Shown here: piece after piece, positions 37,921 to 46,671 of the stretch
How positions within the stretch are numbered: position 1 is the stretch's first letter
How the letters are laid out: every line of letters starts with the position of its first letter
NCBI GenBank assembly: GCA_964630825.1
Contig: CAZVZR010000006.1
Location: forward strand, 911 to 64,910
Origin: an uncultured Planctomycetales bacterium
Lineage (GTDB): Bacteria > Omnitrophota > Gorgyraeia > Zapsychrales > Zapsychraceae
Direction of reading: 5' to 3'
DNA length: 64,000 nt
Made by a program: the position numbers and the translations under genes
Notes under the pieces: model-generated
What the model was told of the DNA's origin: nothing
Seen by the model: the letters and a program-made list of their open reading frames with translations, nothing else
Database searches by the model: none

Positions 37921-39584
37921 AAATAAAAAAGATAAAAAGAAAAATCCTGTATTCGCTCTTAATTTCCCTGCTGATCCATTTGGGATTTTTGTGCTGGAGT
38001 TATTTTGTCAAAATTTTTTCCATCACCAACGAAATCCCGCCCGCGCCCACTCACTATCTCCAATTGAAATTGACCAATGATCCGCATTTGGGCGAAAGTT
38101 TTTCCAAAGGTGAAAAGGAAGAGTTGGAAGACCGTACGCTCAATCCTGAGAAGTCAATTCAATCAACGGACATGGCCAACAACTTTGAGCAAGACAGTAC
38201 AAAAACGCAGCAACAGATCTCGTCGGCTGTGGACCAGGCGCAAGAGCCGCCGGTGAAACCAAGCCCCGACCAGGCGCCCGAAGCCCGCATACCGCAGGTG
38301 AAAGATGAAGCTGTGCACCAGCGCGTTTTAAGGGCAACACGCAAAAACCTCGTTGAAATTGGGGAAGCTCCGGCAAAGGACACCGTGGTGGGGGCGCCGA
38401 CTGCCGTTGCGGGAAAAGATATTTCCGAGAAATATTTAGAAAATAACCGAGCCGATAAGACGAATTCAATTTCACCAGCCCTTGAGTATGCGGGGTCTCC
38501 CAACGGTTTTCAGACGATGAAAAAAACAAACTCGGGGCTGCAACGCAGGTTAAAGACAGCCGATTTAGGTTCGTCGTTAACCTATGAGATTTCTGTTTAT
38601 CAGGACCCGAAAACCAAGGAGAAATTTTTCAAACTGCAGGTCCGGGTCATGGATATGTCGGCAGTTTTGCCTGTGATCCCGAAAGAAATCGTAATTCTTC
38701 TTGATTCATCAAGAAGTATCGGCGATGAGCGGCTCACGCAATTTAAGAAAGGCATCGAGTATGTTTTGAAACATTTAAACCCGGATGACCGTTTTAATAT
38801 TACGATTTTTAAAAACCTGACGTTTCCTATGACCCCTATTTCCATGAGCCCGGATGAGAAAAATATCAAAAGGGCGATCGCGTTTATTACGGATTTTAAA
38901 CCCGGAGAAACAACCGATGTTTACTCGGCGATCAACGGAACTCTCAACTTAAAAGATGCACGTAATCCTTCTTACCGCCTATTGCTGAGTGATGGTTTTG
39001 CGACGGAGGGAGTCACCAATTCACGCCAGGTAATTAATGAAATATCGGATATCAATAAAGGGAAGGTTGGTATCTTTGCTTTTAGCGGCGGGACGTTTGT
39101 GAGCCAGTATCTTCTTGATTTTATCGCCTACAAAAATCGCGGATGGACACAGTATACAAACCGTGAAAATCTGATCGGAGAGGAACTTGGTAAAATGTAT
39201 GACCGGATCCGGGACCCCTTGTTATTGAACCTGCGTTATCATATCAGCGGAGTGAATGCGAAAGAGGTATACCCCAAAGTCTTGCCGGATTTTTTTAAAG
39301 GGTCAGAATTTGTGATTTACGGGACTTTCACGAATGAGGATATCGTTGCCGTCCGGCTTTTAGGGGATGTGATGGGCGAGGTGAAGGAATTCTATGTCAC
39401 GGCATCACTTAAAAGTGCTGCTTCCGGAAACGCAAGCATTGCCTATCAATGGGCGTTTCATAAAGTTTATGATTTGATAGGGCAGCTTAAGCATAATGAA
39501 AAAAATGAAGAAATCCTCAAATCAATTGATGGGCTTTGCGACCGTTTTCATATTGAAACTCCCTATTCAAGGAATTTTCGATAA
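37917..39584 (+). CDS. membrane-anchored protein: N-terminal TM, Pro/Ala-rich linker, von Willebrand factor A domain (MIDAS DSSRS)
   Basis: TM LYSLLISLLIHLGFLCWSYFV. Linker QEPPVKPSPDQAPEARIPQ. VWA region VILLDSSRSIGDE…LLSDGFATEG. Sits in the operon position usually occupied by TonB. Its start overlaps the TPR gene stop. Confidence 0.6.
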   Translation: MKIKKIKRKILYSLLISLLIHLGFLCWSYFVKIFSITNEIPPAPTHYLQLKLTNDPHLGESFSKGEKEELEDRTLNPEKSIQSTDMANNFEQDSTKTQQQISSAVDQAQEPPVKPSPDQAPEARIPQVKDEAVHQRVLRATRKNLVEIGEAPAKDTVVGAPTAVAGKDISEKYLENNRADKTNSISPALEYAGSPNGFQTMKKTNSGLQRRLKTADLGSSLTYEISVYQDPKTKEKFFKLQVRVMDMSAVLPVIPKEIVILLDSSRSIGDERLTQFKKGIEYVLKHLNPDDRFNITIFKNLTFPMTPISMSPDEKNIKRAIAFITDFKPGETTDVYSAINGTLNLKDARNPSYRLLLSDGFATEGVTNSRQVINEISDINKGKVGIFAFSGGTFVSQYLLDFIAYKNRGWTQYTNRENLIGEELGKMYDRIRDPLLLNLRYHISGVNAKEVYPKVLPDFFKGSEFVIYGTFTNEDIVAVRLLGDVMGEVKEFYVTASLKSAASGNASIAYQWAFHKVYDLIGQLKHNEKNEEILKSIDGLCDRFHIETPYSRNFR

Positions 39585-39629
39585 TAGCAATTATTCAGAT
39601 TTCATTTAGGATTTTTTCATTATTAAAGT

Positions 39630-40013
39630 ATGATTAAAGTCAGCTACAACAAGGAACACAACGCCATCGTTATCGAATTCATCGGGGAAGTTGATGCCGC
39701 GCAGGGAGAGCAACAGATCCTCGATATCAAGAAGGCCATCCCTAAAGACAAAAAAGGTTTCACGCTTTTGGTCGATTTGACTTTAGTTGAGAAAATGGAC
39801 CCAAAAGTCAAAGGGTCAATCAAAAAAGCTATGGACCTCTTAAATGTTAATGGCGTTACGAAAATCTTCCGGGTAATCCCCAATCCCGAAAAAGATATAG
39901 GGCTTAACATCATGTCTTTTTTTCACTATTCCCCAACAGTCAAAATTGTTACTCTGCCATCACGAAAAGATGCGCAGGCGCTCTTAAAAAGCGAAAAAGG
40001 AGATTATGTTTAG
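39630..40013 (+). CDS. small hypothetical protein (possible STAS-like fold)
   Basis: 127 aa, soluble. The STAS-fold suggestion is an unsupported guess. Confidence 0.3.
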   Translation: MIKVSYNKEHNAIVIEFIGEVDAAQGEQQILDIKKAIPKDKKGFTLLVDLTLVEKMDPKVKGSIKKAMDLLNVNGVTKIFRVIPNPEKDIGLNIMSFFHYSPTVKIVTLPSRKDAQALLKSEKGDYV

Positions 40014-40134
40014 AAAAATGATTTCGTTAGTTCTGTGTTGTTTAATGTTGGTCACAATCTCCGGATGCGGTTTATTGAGTACCGTACTTAGCGCCGCGGC
40101 TGCTTATGGAATTTATCGAGTAACGCATCACTAA
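40006..40134 (+). CDS. 42-aa lipoprotein (entericidin-like size), not in the ORF track
   Basis: MFRKMISLVLCCLMLVTISGCGLLSTVLSAAAAYGIYRVTHH* has a lipobox ISGC. It begins 8 nt before the previous stop. SD-like AAAAGGAG lies upstream. Confidence 0.4.
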   Translation: MFRKMISLVLCCLMLVTISGCGLLSTVLSAAAAYGIYRVTHH

Positions 40135-40135
40135 G

Positions 40136-40822
40136 ATGACCCCAATCACAAAACACTGTTTTATTTTTTATCCAATTATTTTTTTACTCACCGTTTTTCT
40201 TGCGGATCGCGCTGAGGCAAAGGAAGCCCGCATCCTCGCGCTGGGGGATTCTTACACGATCGGCCAGGGTGTTGACGCCAGTGACCGTTGGCCCGTACAG
40301 TTAAAAGAACTTTTACAGGAAAAAGGGCTGGCTGTCGGCGCCGTTGATATCATCGCACAAACAGGATGGACCACCCGAGATCTCCTGCAGACGCTTAAAG
40401 CAGAGGATATTGAAGGGCCTTATGACCTGGTGGCCTTGCTTATCGGGGTCAATGACCAATTTCAAAAACGGCCGGTTAACCTTTTTATTCAAGATTTTAA
40501 TGCCCTTTTAAAAGAAGCTGCTTCTTATGCCGGCAATGATTCCAGCCGCGTGATTGTTATTTCAATCCCCGACTGGGGAATGTCCCCGTATGGCAAAGGC
40601 CACGATCAAAAAAACATTGCGGAAGAAATCGACAATTTTAACCGGCAAGCCAAAGTTGCTACTGAAAACATGGGGTTTCAGTGGGTTGATATTACCGAAA
40701 ATTCCCGCCAACCCATGGATAACATCATGTTCAGCGTAGACGGCCTGCATCCTTCTCCCAAATTATACAAAGTCTGGGCACAAATTATTTTTCCGACAGC
40801 TTATAAAATATTAGAAAAATAG
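40136..40822 (+). CDS. secreted SGNH/GDSL-family hydrolase
   Basis: Signal peptide. Block I ALGDSYTIGQG (GDSx). Block III GVNDQ. Block V DGLHPS (DxxH). Confidence 0.8.
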   Translation: MTPITKHCFIFYPIIFLLTVFLADRAEAKEARILALGDSYTIGQGVDASDRWPVQLKELLQEKGLAVGAVDIIAQTGWTTRDLLQTLKAEDIEGPYDLVALLIGVNDQFQKRPVNLFIQDFNALLKEAASYAGNDSSRVIVISIPDWGMSPYGKGHDQKNIAEEIDNFNRQAKVATENMGFQWVDITENSRQPMDNIMFSVDGLHPSPKLYKVWAQIIFPTAYKILEK

Positions 40823-41153
40823 GGATAGTGGATTTGCCCCGATGGACCCTGAAATTTTTGGTCAAGGGTGCAATTAATCAGAGAAGGCCATTAAAGGTAA
40901 CGTTAGTCAGTGGGTGCATCTTCGAGAACAAGGTTAAAAATAATGCTTTTTTAATAAATATGTATAGTAATCGCTCGTCAAAAAGGTTATACTTATAGTA
41001 GATCACTTAGATAGATAAGTCCTACCAGCGACAGACCTCTCTCTTCTCTATTTTTCGGCAGTCTGCCATCTTTACAGTCTATTTATCGGTCAGTAACTTT
41101 CATGAAGGCATAAATAATCTTTAGGATTATTTGATGTGCGAAAGGAGTGCCCT

Positions 41154-42173
41154 ATGGACGGTCCTTCTATCAAATCAAAAAATAAACAGACTTGGCAAGA
41201 AATTGTTGCCAAATATCAAAATCCGCAAAGAGCCAAAAGTATCTGGCAGTTGCTTAATACAATCATTCCTTATGCCGGGCTGTGGTATTTGATGGTTAAG
41301 TGTATAAGTGTTTCTTTTTGGTTAATGTTGCCTTTAAGTATTATTGCCGCGGGCTTGATGGTACGCATTTTTATCATCTTTCATGATTGCGGGCACGGTT
41401 CGTTTTTTAACTCGCAAAAAGCAAATAATTTTTGGGGGTTTATCACCGGAGTTTTAATTTTTACAGCCTATAAACATTGGCGGCATGAACACTCAGTCCA
41501 TCATTCACATGCCGGTGATTTAGATGAGCGCGGGTTGGGCGATGTCTGGACTATGACGGTCAAGGAATACTTAAACGCGTCGCGTTGGACAAGGATTAAA
41601 TACCGTTTTGCCCGTAACCCTTTTTGTTTATTTATTATCGGCCCAACAATCCTCTTTCTTATTGCCCATCGGGTACCGCCTTTAAGGAAAAACGACCCGG
41701 AAGGCGCAAAAAGCATTCATTTGACTAATCTGGGGATTCTCATAATGGCAATTGTTATGAGCGTCATGGTTGGGTTAAAAACGTACTTACTGATTCAATT
41801 ACCCGTTTTAATTTTTGCCGCTACCGCTGGGGTGTGGCTGTTTTATGTTCAGCACCAATTCGAAGGCGTGTATTGGGAACGTCATAGTAAATGGGATTAT
41901 TTAACAGTGGCCTTAAAAGGAAGCTCTTTTTATAAGCTGCCGAAAGTTTTGCAATGGTTTACGGGGAATATCGGTTATCACCACATTCATCACCTTTGTC
42001 CGCGTATTCCAAATTATTTTCTGGAACGTTGTTATAAGGAGAATCCTCTTTTTCAAAAGGTAAAACCGGTTACATTATTAAACAGTTTAAAATCATTAAC
42101 GTTTCGTCTTTGGGATGAACAACACCAGCGATTGGTTGGATTTGGTTATCTTCGAAGATTAAAATATGTATAA
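41154..42173 (+). CDS. membrane fatty-acid desaturase (three His boxes)
   Basis: His boxes HDCGHGS, HWRHEHSVHHSH and HHIHHLCPRIP, with 4 TM helices. RBS AAAGGAG 6 nt before the ATG at 41154. Confidence 0.85.
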   Translation: MDGPSIKSKNKQTWQEIVAKYQNPQRAKSIWQLLNTIIPYAGLWYLMVKCISVSFWLMLPLSIIAAGLMVRIFIIFHDCGHGSFFNSQKANNFWGFITGVLIFTAYKHWRHEHSVHHSHAGDLDERGLGDVWTMTVKEYLNASRWTRIKYRFARNPFCLFIIGPTILFLIAHRVPPLRKNDPEGAKSIHLTNLGILIMAIVMSVMVGLKTYLLIQLPVLIFAATAGVWLFYVQHQFEGVYWERHSKWDYLTVALKGSSFYKLPKVLQWFTGNIGYHHIHHLCPRIPNYFLERCYKENPLFQKVKPVTLLNSLKSLTFRLWDEQHQRLVGFGYLRRLKYV

Positions 42174-42192
42174 CAAAGAATGAGGGGTTGAT

Positions 42193-42396
42193 ATGGAAAA
42201 AGGTACTATTAATTCGTATGACCAAGATAGCGGTGGCGGGACTATCGGCCGTTTGGATGGCGCCGATGTCAGGTTTACCTCTGACAAGGTCTTAGGAAGA
42301 GACAGAATCGGCTTAAAACAAGGCGATTCGGTTTGGTTCGAGGTTGAAAATATATTAAGTAACCATGTAGCCGTTAATATTAGAAAATGTATGTAA
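42193..42396 (+). CDS. divergent cold-shock-domain-like OB-fold protein
   Basis: GTINSYDQDSGGGTIGRLDGADVRF…QGDSVWFEV follows the CSD topology, but the RNP1/RNP2 aromatics are degenerate. Confidence 0.45.
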   Translation: MEKGTINSYDQDSGGGTIGRLDGADVRFTSDKVLGRDRIGLKQGDSVWFEVENILSNHVAVNIRKCM

Positions 42397-42428
42397 ACGA
42401 GATGTCTTGAAATGAAAGGACGTAAAAA

Positions 42429-42656
42429 GTGCATGTAGGCAACGTTACCAAATTATTTCACGACAAGGAATATGGCTCGATTAGGATCAAAAATGGGGAG
42501 GATATACATTTTCACAAGCTTTGCCTTTGGGATATGCAATTCGCAGAGCTGACGGAAGGCCAAGAAGTTGAATTTGAGATCCAGTCCTCGCATAAAGGAC
42601 TCCTTGCCTTTCATATCCGTCCCTGTGGTAAGAGCAGATTTTTAGTAGAAAAATAG
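42429..42656 (+). CDS. cold-shock protein (CspA family), GTG start
   Basis: GNVTKLFHDKEYGSIRIKNGEDIHFH…LTEGQEVEFEI…KGLLAFHIRP aligns with the CspA GIVKWFNADKGFGFI…DVFVH pattern. Confidence 0.7.
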   Translation: MHVGNVTKLFHDKEYGSIRIKNGEDIHFHKLCLWDMQFAELTEGQEVEFEIQSSHKGLLAFHIRPCGKSRFLVEK

Positions 42657-42712
42657 ATCGGTATAGGAAATTAAAAAGAAAATAACCACGACTGTTAAGC
42701 CAAGGCCTCTAT

Positions 42713-42934
42713 ATGTCAAAAGAAGAAGCAATTGAAGTGGAAGGCGTTGTTAAGAAAGCATTATCGAATGCCAAATTTTCTGTCGAGATAGAAAATGGCC
42801 ATACGGTTATCGCTTATCCAGCCGGAAAAATGAGAAAATTCTTTATTAAAATTTTGCCCGGGGACAAAGTGACGGTGGCTTTGTCACCGTACGATTTGGG
42901 CAAAGGCAGAATTACCTTTAGGCATAAAATATAA
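42713..42934 (+). CDS. infA: translation initiation factor IF-1
   Basis: 73 aa. [64 protein letters not shown] matches IF-1 along its full length. Confidence 0.9.
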   Translation: MSKEEAIEVEGVVKKALSNAKFSVEIENGHTVIAYPAGKMRKFFIKILPGDKVTVALSPYDLGKGRITFRHKI

Positions 42935-43192
42935 ATATATGTATACCCGAAAAACAAGAAAAAGCGGCCCGGTTAAAAGGTTTAAGGGGGGAAGAGTCTG
43001 TAAAAAATTTAGGTGTAAACAGCGTTTGAGTGTTTATAATTCTGAAGAATATTGTCATGTCCATATTCGAGAGTTTTTAAGATAAATTGCCTGAAGTATT
43101 TAAACCCGCCAATAAAAAATCCTTCCGCGTTATAATCAAAATTCCTTTAGTTTGTATATACGTCCGTCGCAATAGCTCTAGCGGCATTCCTG

Positions 43193-43238
43193 TTGACAAA
43201 TTAGTTGTTATAAGCTAATATTTAGTATAGGCTAAATA
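43193..43238 (+). promoter_or_regulatory. sigma70-type promoter (TTGACA-17-TAATAT) with overlapping 7-bp-arm inverted repeat (putative MarR operator)
   Basis: TTGACA at 43193-43198, a 17-nt spacer, then TAATAT at 43216-43221. TATTTAG-n6-CTAAATA at 43219-43238. Located 19-64 nt upstream of the marR-like start. Confidence 0.5.
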
Positions 43239-43256
43239 TATGAAGGGAGAAAACCG

Positions 43257-43709
43257 ATGAGTGTTGAAATAGATAGAAGGGATTTAAGCCATTCCATTGC
43301 CCAGTTGCTGCCTAACATTATTCAGGGAGTCCATATTGGTTTTCTTGCCAAGAAAAGCCTGACCCATACACAATTTTTTGTTTTAGTGGCAGTCCATTCT
43401 CAAGGTCGCCCGGCCATGCGTACTCTGTCGGAGAATCTTCAAGTAAGCATGCCGACGATGAGCGGGATAGTTGACCGGCTGGTTCAGGCAGGTTATGCCA
43501 AACGCTTAACCCAACCAGGAGATCGCCGCCAAGTTTTGGTGGAGTTAACGGGCAAAGGCCGGAGCGTGATTGAACAATTTCAACAAGCAGCCAGCCAGCG
43601 TTGGCAGCAAGTACTAGTTGCTTTAAACCCTCAGGAAATTGTTGCTTTTAGTAATGTTGTAAATAAGTTACGGGGGAGTTTGCAAAAGAAGGTAAGCCAT
43701 GATGCGTGA
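43257..43709 (+). CDS. MarR-family transcriptional regulator
   Basis: Winged-HTH region LTHTQFFVLVAVHSQGRPAMRTLSENLQVSMPTMSGIVDRLVQAGYAKRLTQPGDRRQVLVELTGKG. Confidence 0.85.
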   Translation: MSVEIDRRDLSHSIAQLLPNIIQGVHIGFLAKKSLTHTQFFVLVAVHSQGRPAMRTLSENLQVSMPTMSGIVDRLVQAGYAKRLTQPGDRRQVLVELTGKGRSVIEQFQQAASQRWQQVLVALNPQEIVAFSNVVNKLRGSLQKKVSHDA

Positions 43710-45054
43710 AGGAAGAAAAATATTATTTATTATTATGAGTTTATTTGTCATTTTCGGGGCATTGCCTTTGCATGCAGAAAATATGGCTAAAACGTTAACT
43801 CTTAGTGAAGCACTCAAGCTGGCCAGCGAACGTGATGTACGCTTGATCATTGCCCAGGAAAGGGTGGTACAAGCTTTGGCTCGGCTTGGGCAGAACCGTT
43901 CGGTACTTTTTCCACAACTTAATATAAGCGCTTCTGAAAACCGCCAGACCAGGGATTTAAGGACTGCCGGTATTAATCTATCAGGTGATCCGTTAGTCGG
44001 GCCTTTTAATGTTTTTGATGCTAGGGCTAGAATTACTCAAACGATTTTTGATTCGTCGGCAATGGCCCGGTTTAAGTCGGCACAGGCTGGCCACGAGCTT
44101 TCCATGGCCGAGTTACATAAAATCCAAGAAGATGTTTTAGTTTTAGTGGCAACTATTTTTTTAGACGCTCAACGTTCCGCGCAAAGTGTTGAGTATGTGC
44201 AGGCATTAATTAATAAGGAAGAAAAGGCGTTAGCTATCGCGCAAAGCCAGAAAGATTTGGGAATCAGTTCAGATGTGGACGTTAAGAAAGCACAGGCTAG
44301 TTATAATACGGCGATGCGCTTGTTTAATGAGGCCAAGGCGCATGCGACCGAATCGCGGCTGGATCTTTTAACGGCGTTAGGTTGGGATGTCAATACGTCA
44401 ATTCAATTCTTGGATGATGATGGATTAAATTTTCCTATTCCACAGGAGGATTATTCCTTGGATTCTGTTGAGCATCTTCCGGAGATGGCGGTTGCCAGAG
44501 GGCAATTAACTTTGGATAAATCCAACCTCAATGTTGAGAAGGCGGGATATTGGCCAAAAATATCTATGTTTGCTGATTATGGCCCTAGCGGTGTTGATCC
44601 CACCGATCAAAACGAAACGTATACCCTCGGCGTGCAGGCATCTTGGCCGATTCTCGACGGTGGTTTACGGAAATACAGCAAGAAAGAAGCAGAAAGCCGC
44701 GTTCGAGAAAGCGAGGCCGCTTTACAGGACACACAAAGACAATCTCAATCAAAAATTTTAAATGCGTTAGAGTCTTTCCACCAGGCGCAGGCTTTGGCGA
44801 AAGAAAAAGAATCGCAACATGAACTTAGCAAACAACAGCTTCTGTTGGCTCAACAACGTAAAATAGATGGCAGTGCCAGTGATTTGGAAGTTTTAGATGC
44901 CATGGCTCAAGAAGCCGGAGCGCATGATCAGGAAAATGAAGCCCGGGCGGCATTATTAACGGCACAGATTAATTGGGTGAGCTCTGTCGGACGAATGAAC
45001 GATTTTTTAAAACGGGAGGTTTCTTCATTAGACAGTAAGGGGAAAAATTTATGA
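43699..45054 (+). CDS. TolC-family outer-membrane efflux protein
   Basis: Signal peptide. Two OEP repeats. LTLSEALKLASERDVRLIIAQE is the N-terminal TolC motif. Confidence 0.85.
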   Translation: MMREGRKILFIIMSLFVIFGALPLHAENMAKTLTLSEALKLASERDVRLIIAQERVVQALARLGQNRSVLFPQLNISASENRQTRDLRTAGINLSGDPLVGPFNVFDARARITQTIFDSSAMARFKSAQAGHELSMAELHKIQEDVLVLVATIFLDAQRSAQSVEYVQALINKEEKALAIAQSQKDLGISSDVDVKKAQASYNTAMRLFNEAKAHATESRLDLLTALGWDVNTSIQFLDDDGLNFPIPQEDYSLDSVEHLPEMAVARGQLTLDKSNLNVEKAGYWPKISMFADYGPSGVDPTDQNETYTLGVQASWPILDGGLRKYSKKEAESRVRESEAALQDTQRQSQSKILNALESFHQAQALAKEKESQHELSKQQLLLAQQRKIDGSASDLEVLDAMAQEAGAHDQENEARAALLTAQINWVSSVGRMNDFLKREVSSLDSKGKNL

Positions 45055-45746
45055 AAATAAAAAGAAATATTTTGACGGTTATTTTAATTTCGTTCTTATT
45101 CAGTTGTGGGCATAATGGTGGGTCACGGGCGCTTAATTTTTCGGGGACGTTGGAATTAACCGAGCATGCGTTGGGCGCGAAGGTTGCCGGGAGGATTGCT
45201 TCTTTGAATGTTAATGAAGGCGATGCGGTCACAAAAGGCCAATTATTGGCCACGTTGGACCGGTATGAACAAGCGCACAAAGATTATGAACGTGTTCAAA
45301 ATTTAGTTAATCAAGGCGGAGCAACACAGCAGTCATTGGAATATGCAGCGCTCGCGCTGGATGATCAACAGGTTGTTTCGCCGGTTAATGGCGTGGTGCT
45401 GGTGAAAGTACATGAGATAGGTGAAACGGTGATGGGAGGATCTCCCGTCGTTGTCGTCGGCGACCGCAGTCAGTTGTGGGTAAAGATATTTGTTCCGGAA
45501 GGGAAGATTAATCAGGTGCAACTTAATCAGCCGGCAGTGCTTTCGTTTGACGGGTTGAAACAAACATTTAAGGGGCATGTGAGTTTTGTGGCGCCCCAGG
45601 CGGAATTCACGCCGCGTAATGTGCAGACACCGGAAGAAAGGATCACGCAGACATTTGCTGTGAAGGTAGTTTTAGATGAATCGCCGGATTATCTTCGCCC
45701 GGGCGTAGCCGCGGATGTGGTACTGGAAAAGGAAGGCAATGAATAA
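45051..45746 (+). CDS. HlyD-family periplasmic adaptor (membrane fusion protein), short form
   Basis: Lipoyl/beta-barrel motifs GRIASLNVNEGDAVTKGQLLATLD. Overlaps the TolC stop (ATGA). Confidence 0.8.
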   Translation: MKIKRNILTVILISFLFSCGHNGGSRALNFSGTLELTEHALGAKVAGRIASLNVNEGDAVTKGQLLATLDRYEQAHKDYERVQNLVNQGGATQQSLEYAALALDDQQVVSPVNGVVLVKVHEIGETVMGGSPVVVVGDRSQLWVKIFVPEGKINQVQLNQPAVLSFDGLKQTFKGHVSFVAPQAEFTPRNVQTPEERITQTFAVKVVLDESPDYLRPGVAADVVLEKEGNE

Positions 45747-46671
45747 AAATGTTGCCATAGAAGTTCGGGAATTGACCCGCCGCTTTGGTAAATTGACGGC
45801 TGTTGATCAAGTAAGTTTTTCTATTTCTTACGGCGAGATTTTTGGGTTTCTCGGCGCCAACGGCTCAGGCAAAAGTACGACTATCCGTATGCTTTGCGGC
45901 ATTCTTGAGCCTACGAGCGGAACAGCCACCGTTGGAGATTTTAATGTCAATTCGGACCCGGAAAGAGTCAAAGAAACTATTGGTTATGTTTCGCAACGCT
46001 TTGGCCTGTACATTGATTTGACGGTTGAGGAAAATTTAATTTTTTATGGCCAAATTTATAAGCTTTCCGGTGAAAATCTTAAACAACGGATAAATGAGGT
46101 CTTAGCAATGATAGGATTGACTTCTCACCGGCAGCAACTGGCGGGGAACCTTTCCGGCGGATGGAAACAAAAACTCGCATTGGCCAACGCTATTTTGCAT
46201 AAACCTAAAATATTATTTTTGGACGAACCGACAGCGGGTATTGACCCTTTATCCCGTCGGACATTATGGGAAATGCTTTATCAATTGGCGGATTCAGGAG
46301 TGGCCCTTTTTGTGACCACGCATTACATGGAAGAGGCCGAGCGCTGCAATCAGATTGCTTTCATTAGTCGCGGCCGGCTTCTTAAAATCGGTTCGCCGTC
46401 GGATTTAAAGAATGAAATAAGCAATCAATTGCTAGAAGTGCAATGCGAGCCGCTGATGAAAGCTTCGCGTATTTTTCAGGATATTCCCGGCGTAATCGGA
46501 GTTACGGCTTACGGCCGATCATTGCATTTGAATACATTGAATATAGATTCAGTAAAGAAAGATGTCGAAGAAAGAGCAAAAAAAGAAGGAATTAAGGTGG
46601 CGGCGATTCAGGCAATAGGAGCTTCCCTGGAAGATGTGTTTGCTTCTTTGGAGAGAGCCGAAGATGAATAA
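45739..46671 (+). CDS. ABC transporter ATP-binding protein (ABC-2 exporter ATPase, YbhF/YhiH-like single domain)
   Basis: Walker A GANGSGKST, signature LSGGWKQK, Walker B LLFLDEPT. Start ATGAATAA overlaps the upstream stop. Confidence 0.85.
   Translation: MNKNVAIEVRELTRRFGKLTAVDQVSFSISYGEIFGFLGANGSGKSTTIRMLCGILEPTSGTATVGDFNVNSDPERVKETIGYVSQRFGLYIDLTVEENLIFYGQIYKLSGENLKQRINEVLAMIGLTSHRQQLAGNLSGGWKQKLALANAILHKPKILFLDEPTAGIDPLSRRTLWEMLYQLADSGVALFVTTHYMEEAERCNQIAFISRGRLLKIGSPSDLKNEISNQLLEVQCEPLMKASRIFQDIPGVIGVTAYGRSLHLNTLNIDSVKKDVEERAKKEGIKVAAIQAIGASLEDVFASLERAEDE

Noticed and set aside
38140-38529. Minus-strand ORFs of 129 and 114 aa inside the VWA-protein gene
   Set aside because: They lie antisense within the GC-rich Pro/Ala linker-coding region of 37917..39584. 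They are low-complexity shadow ORFs with no start context.
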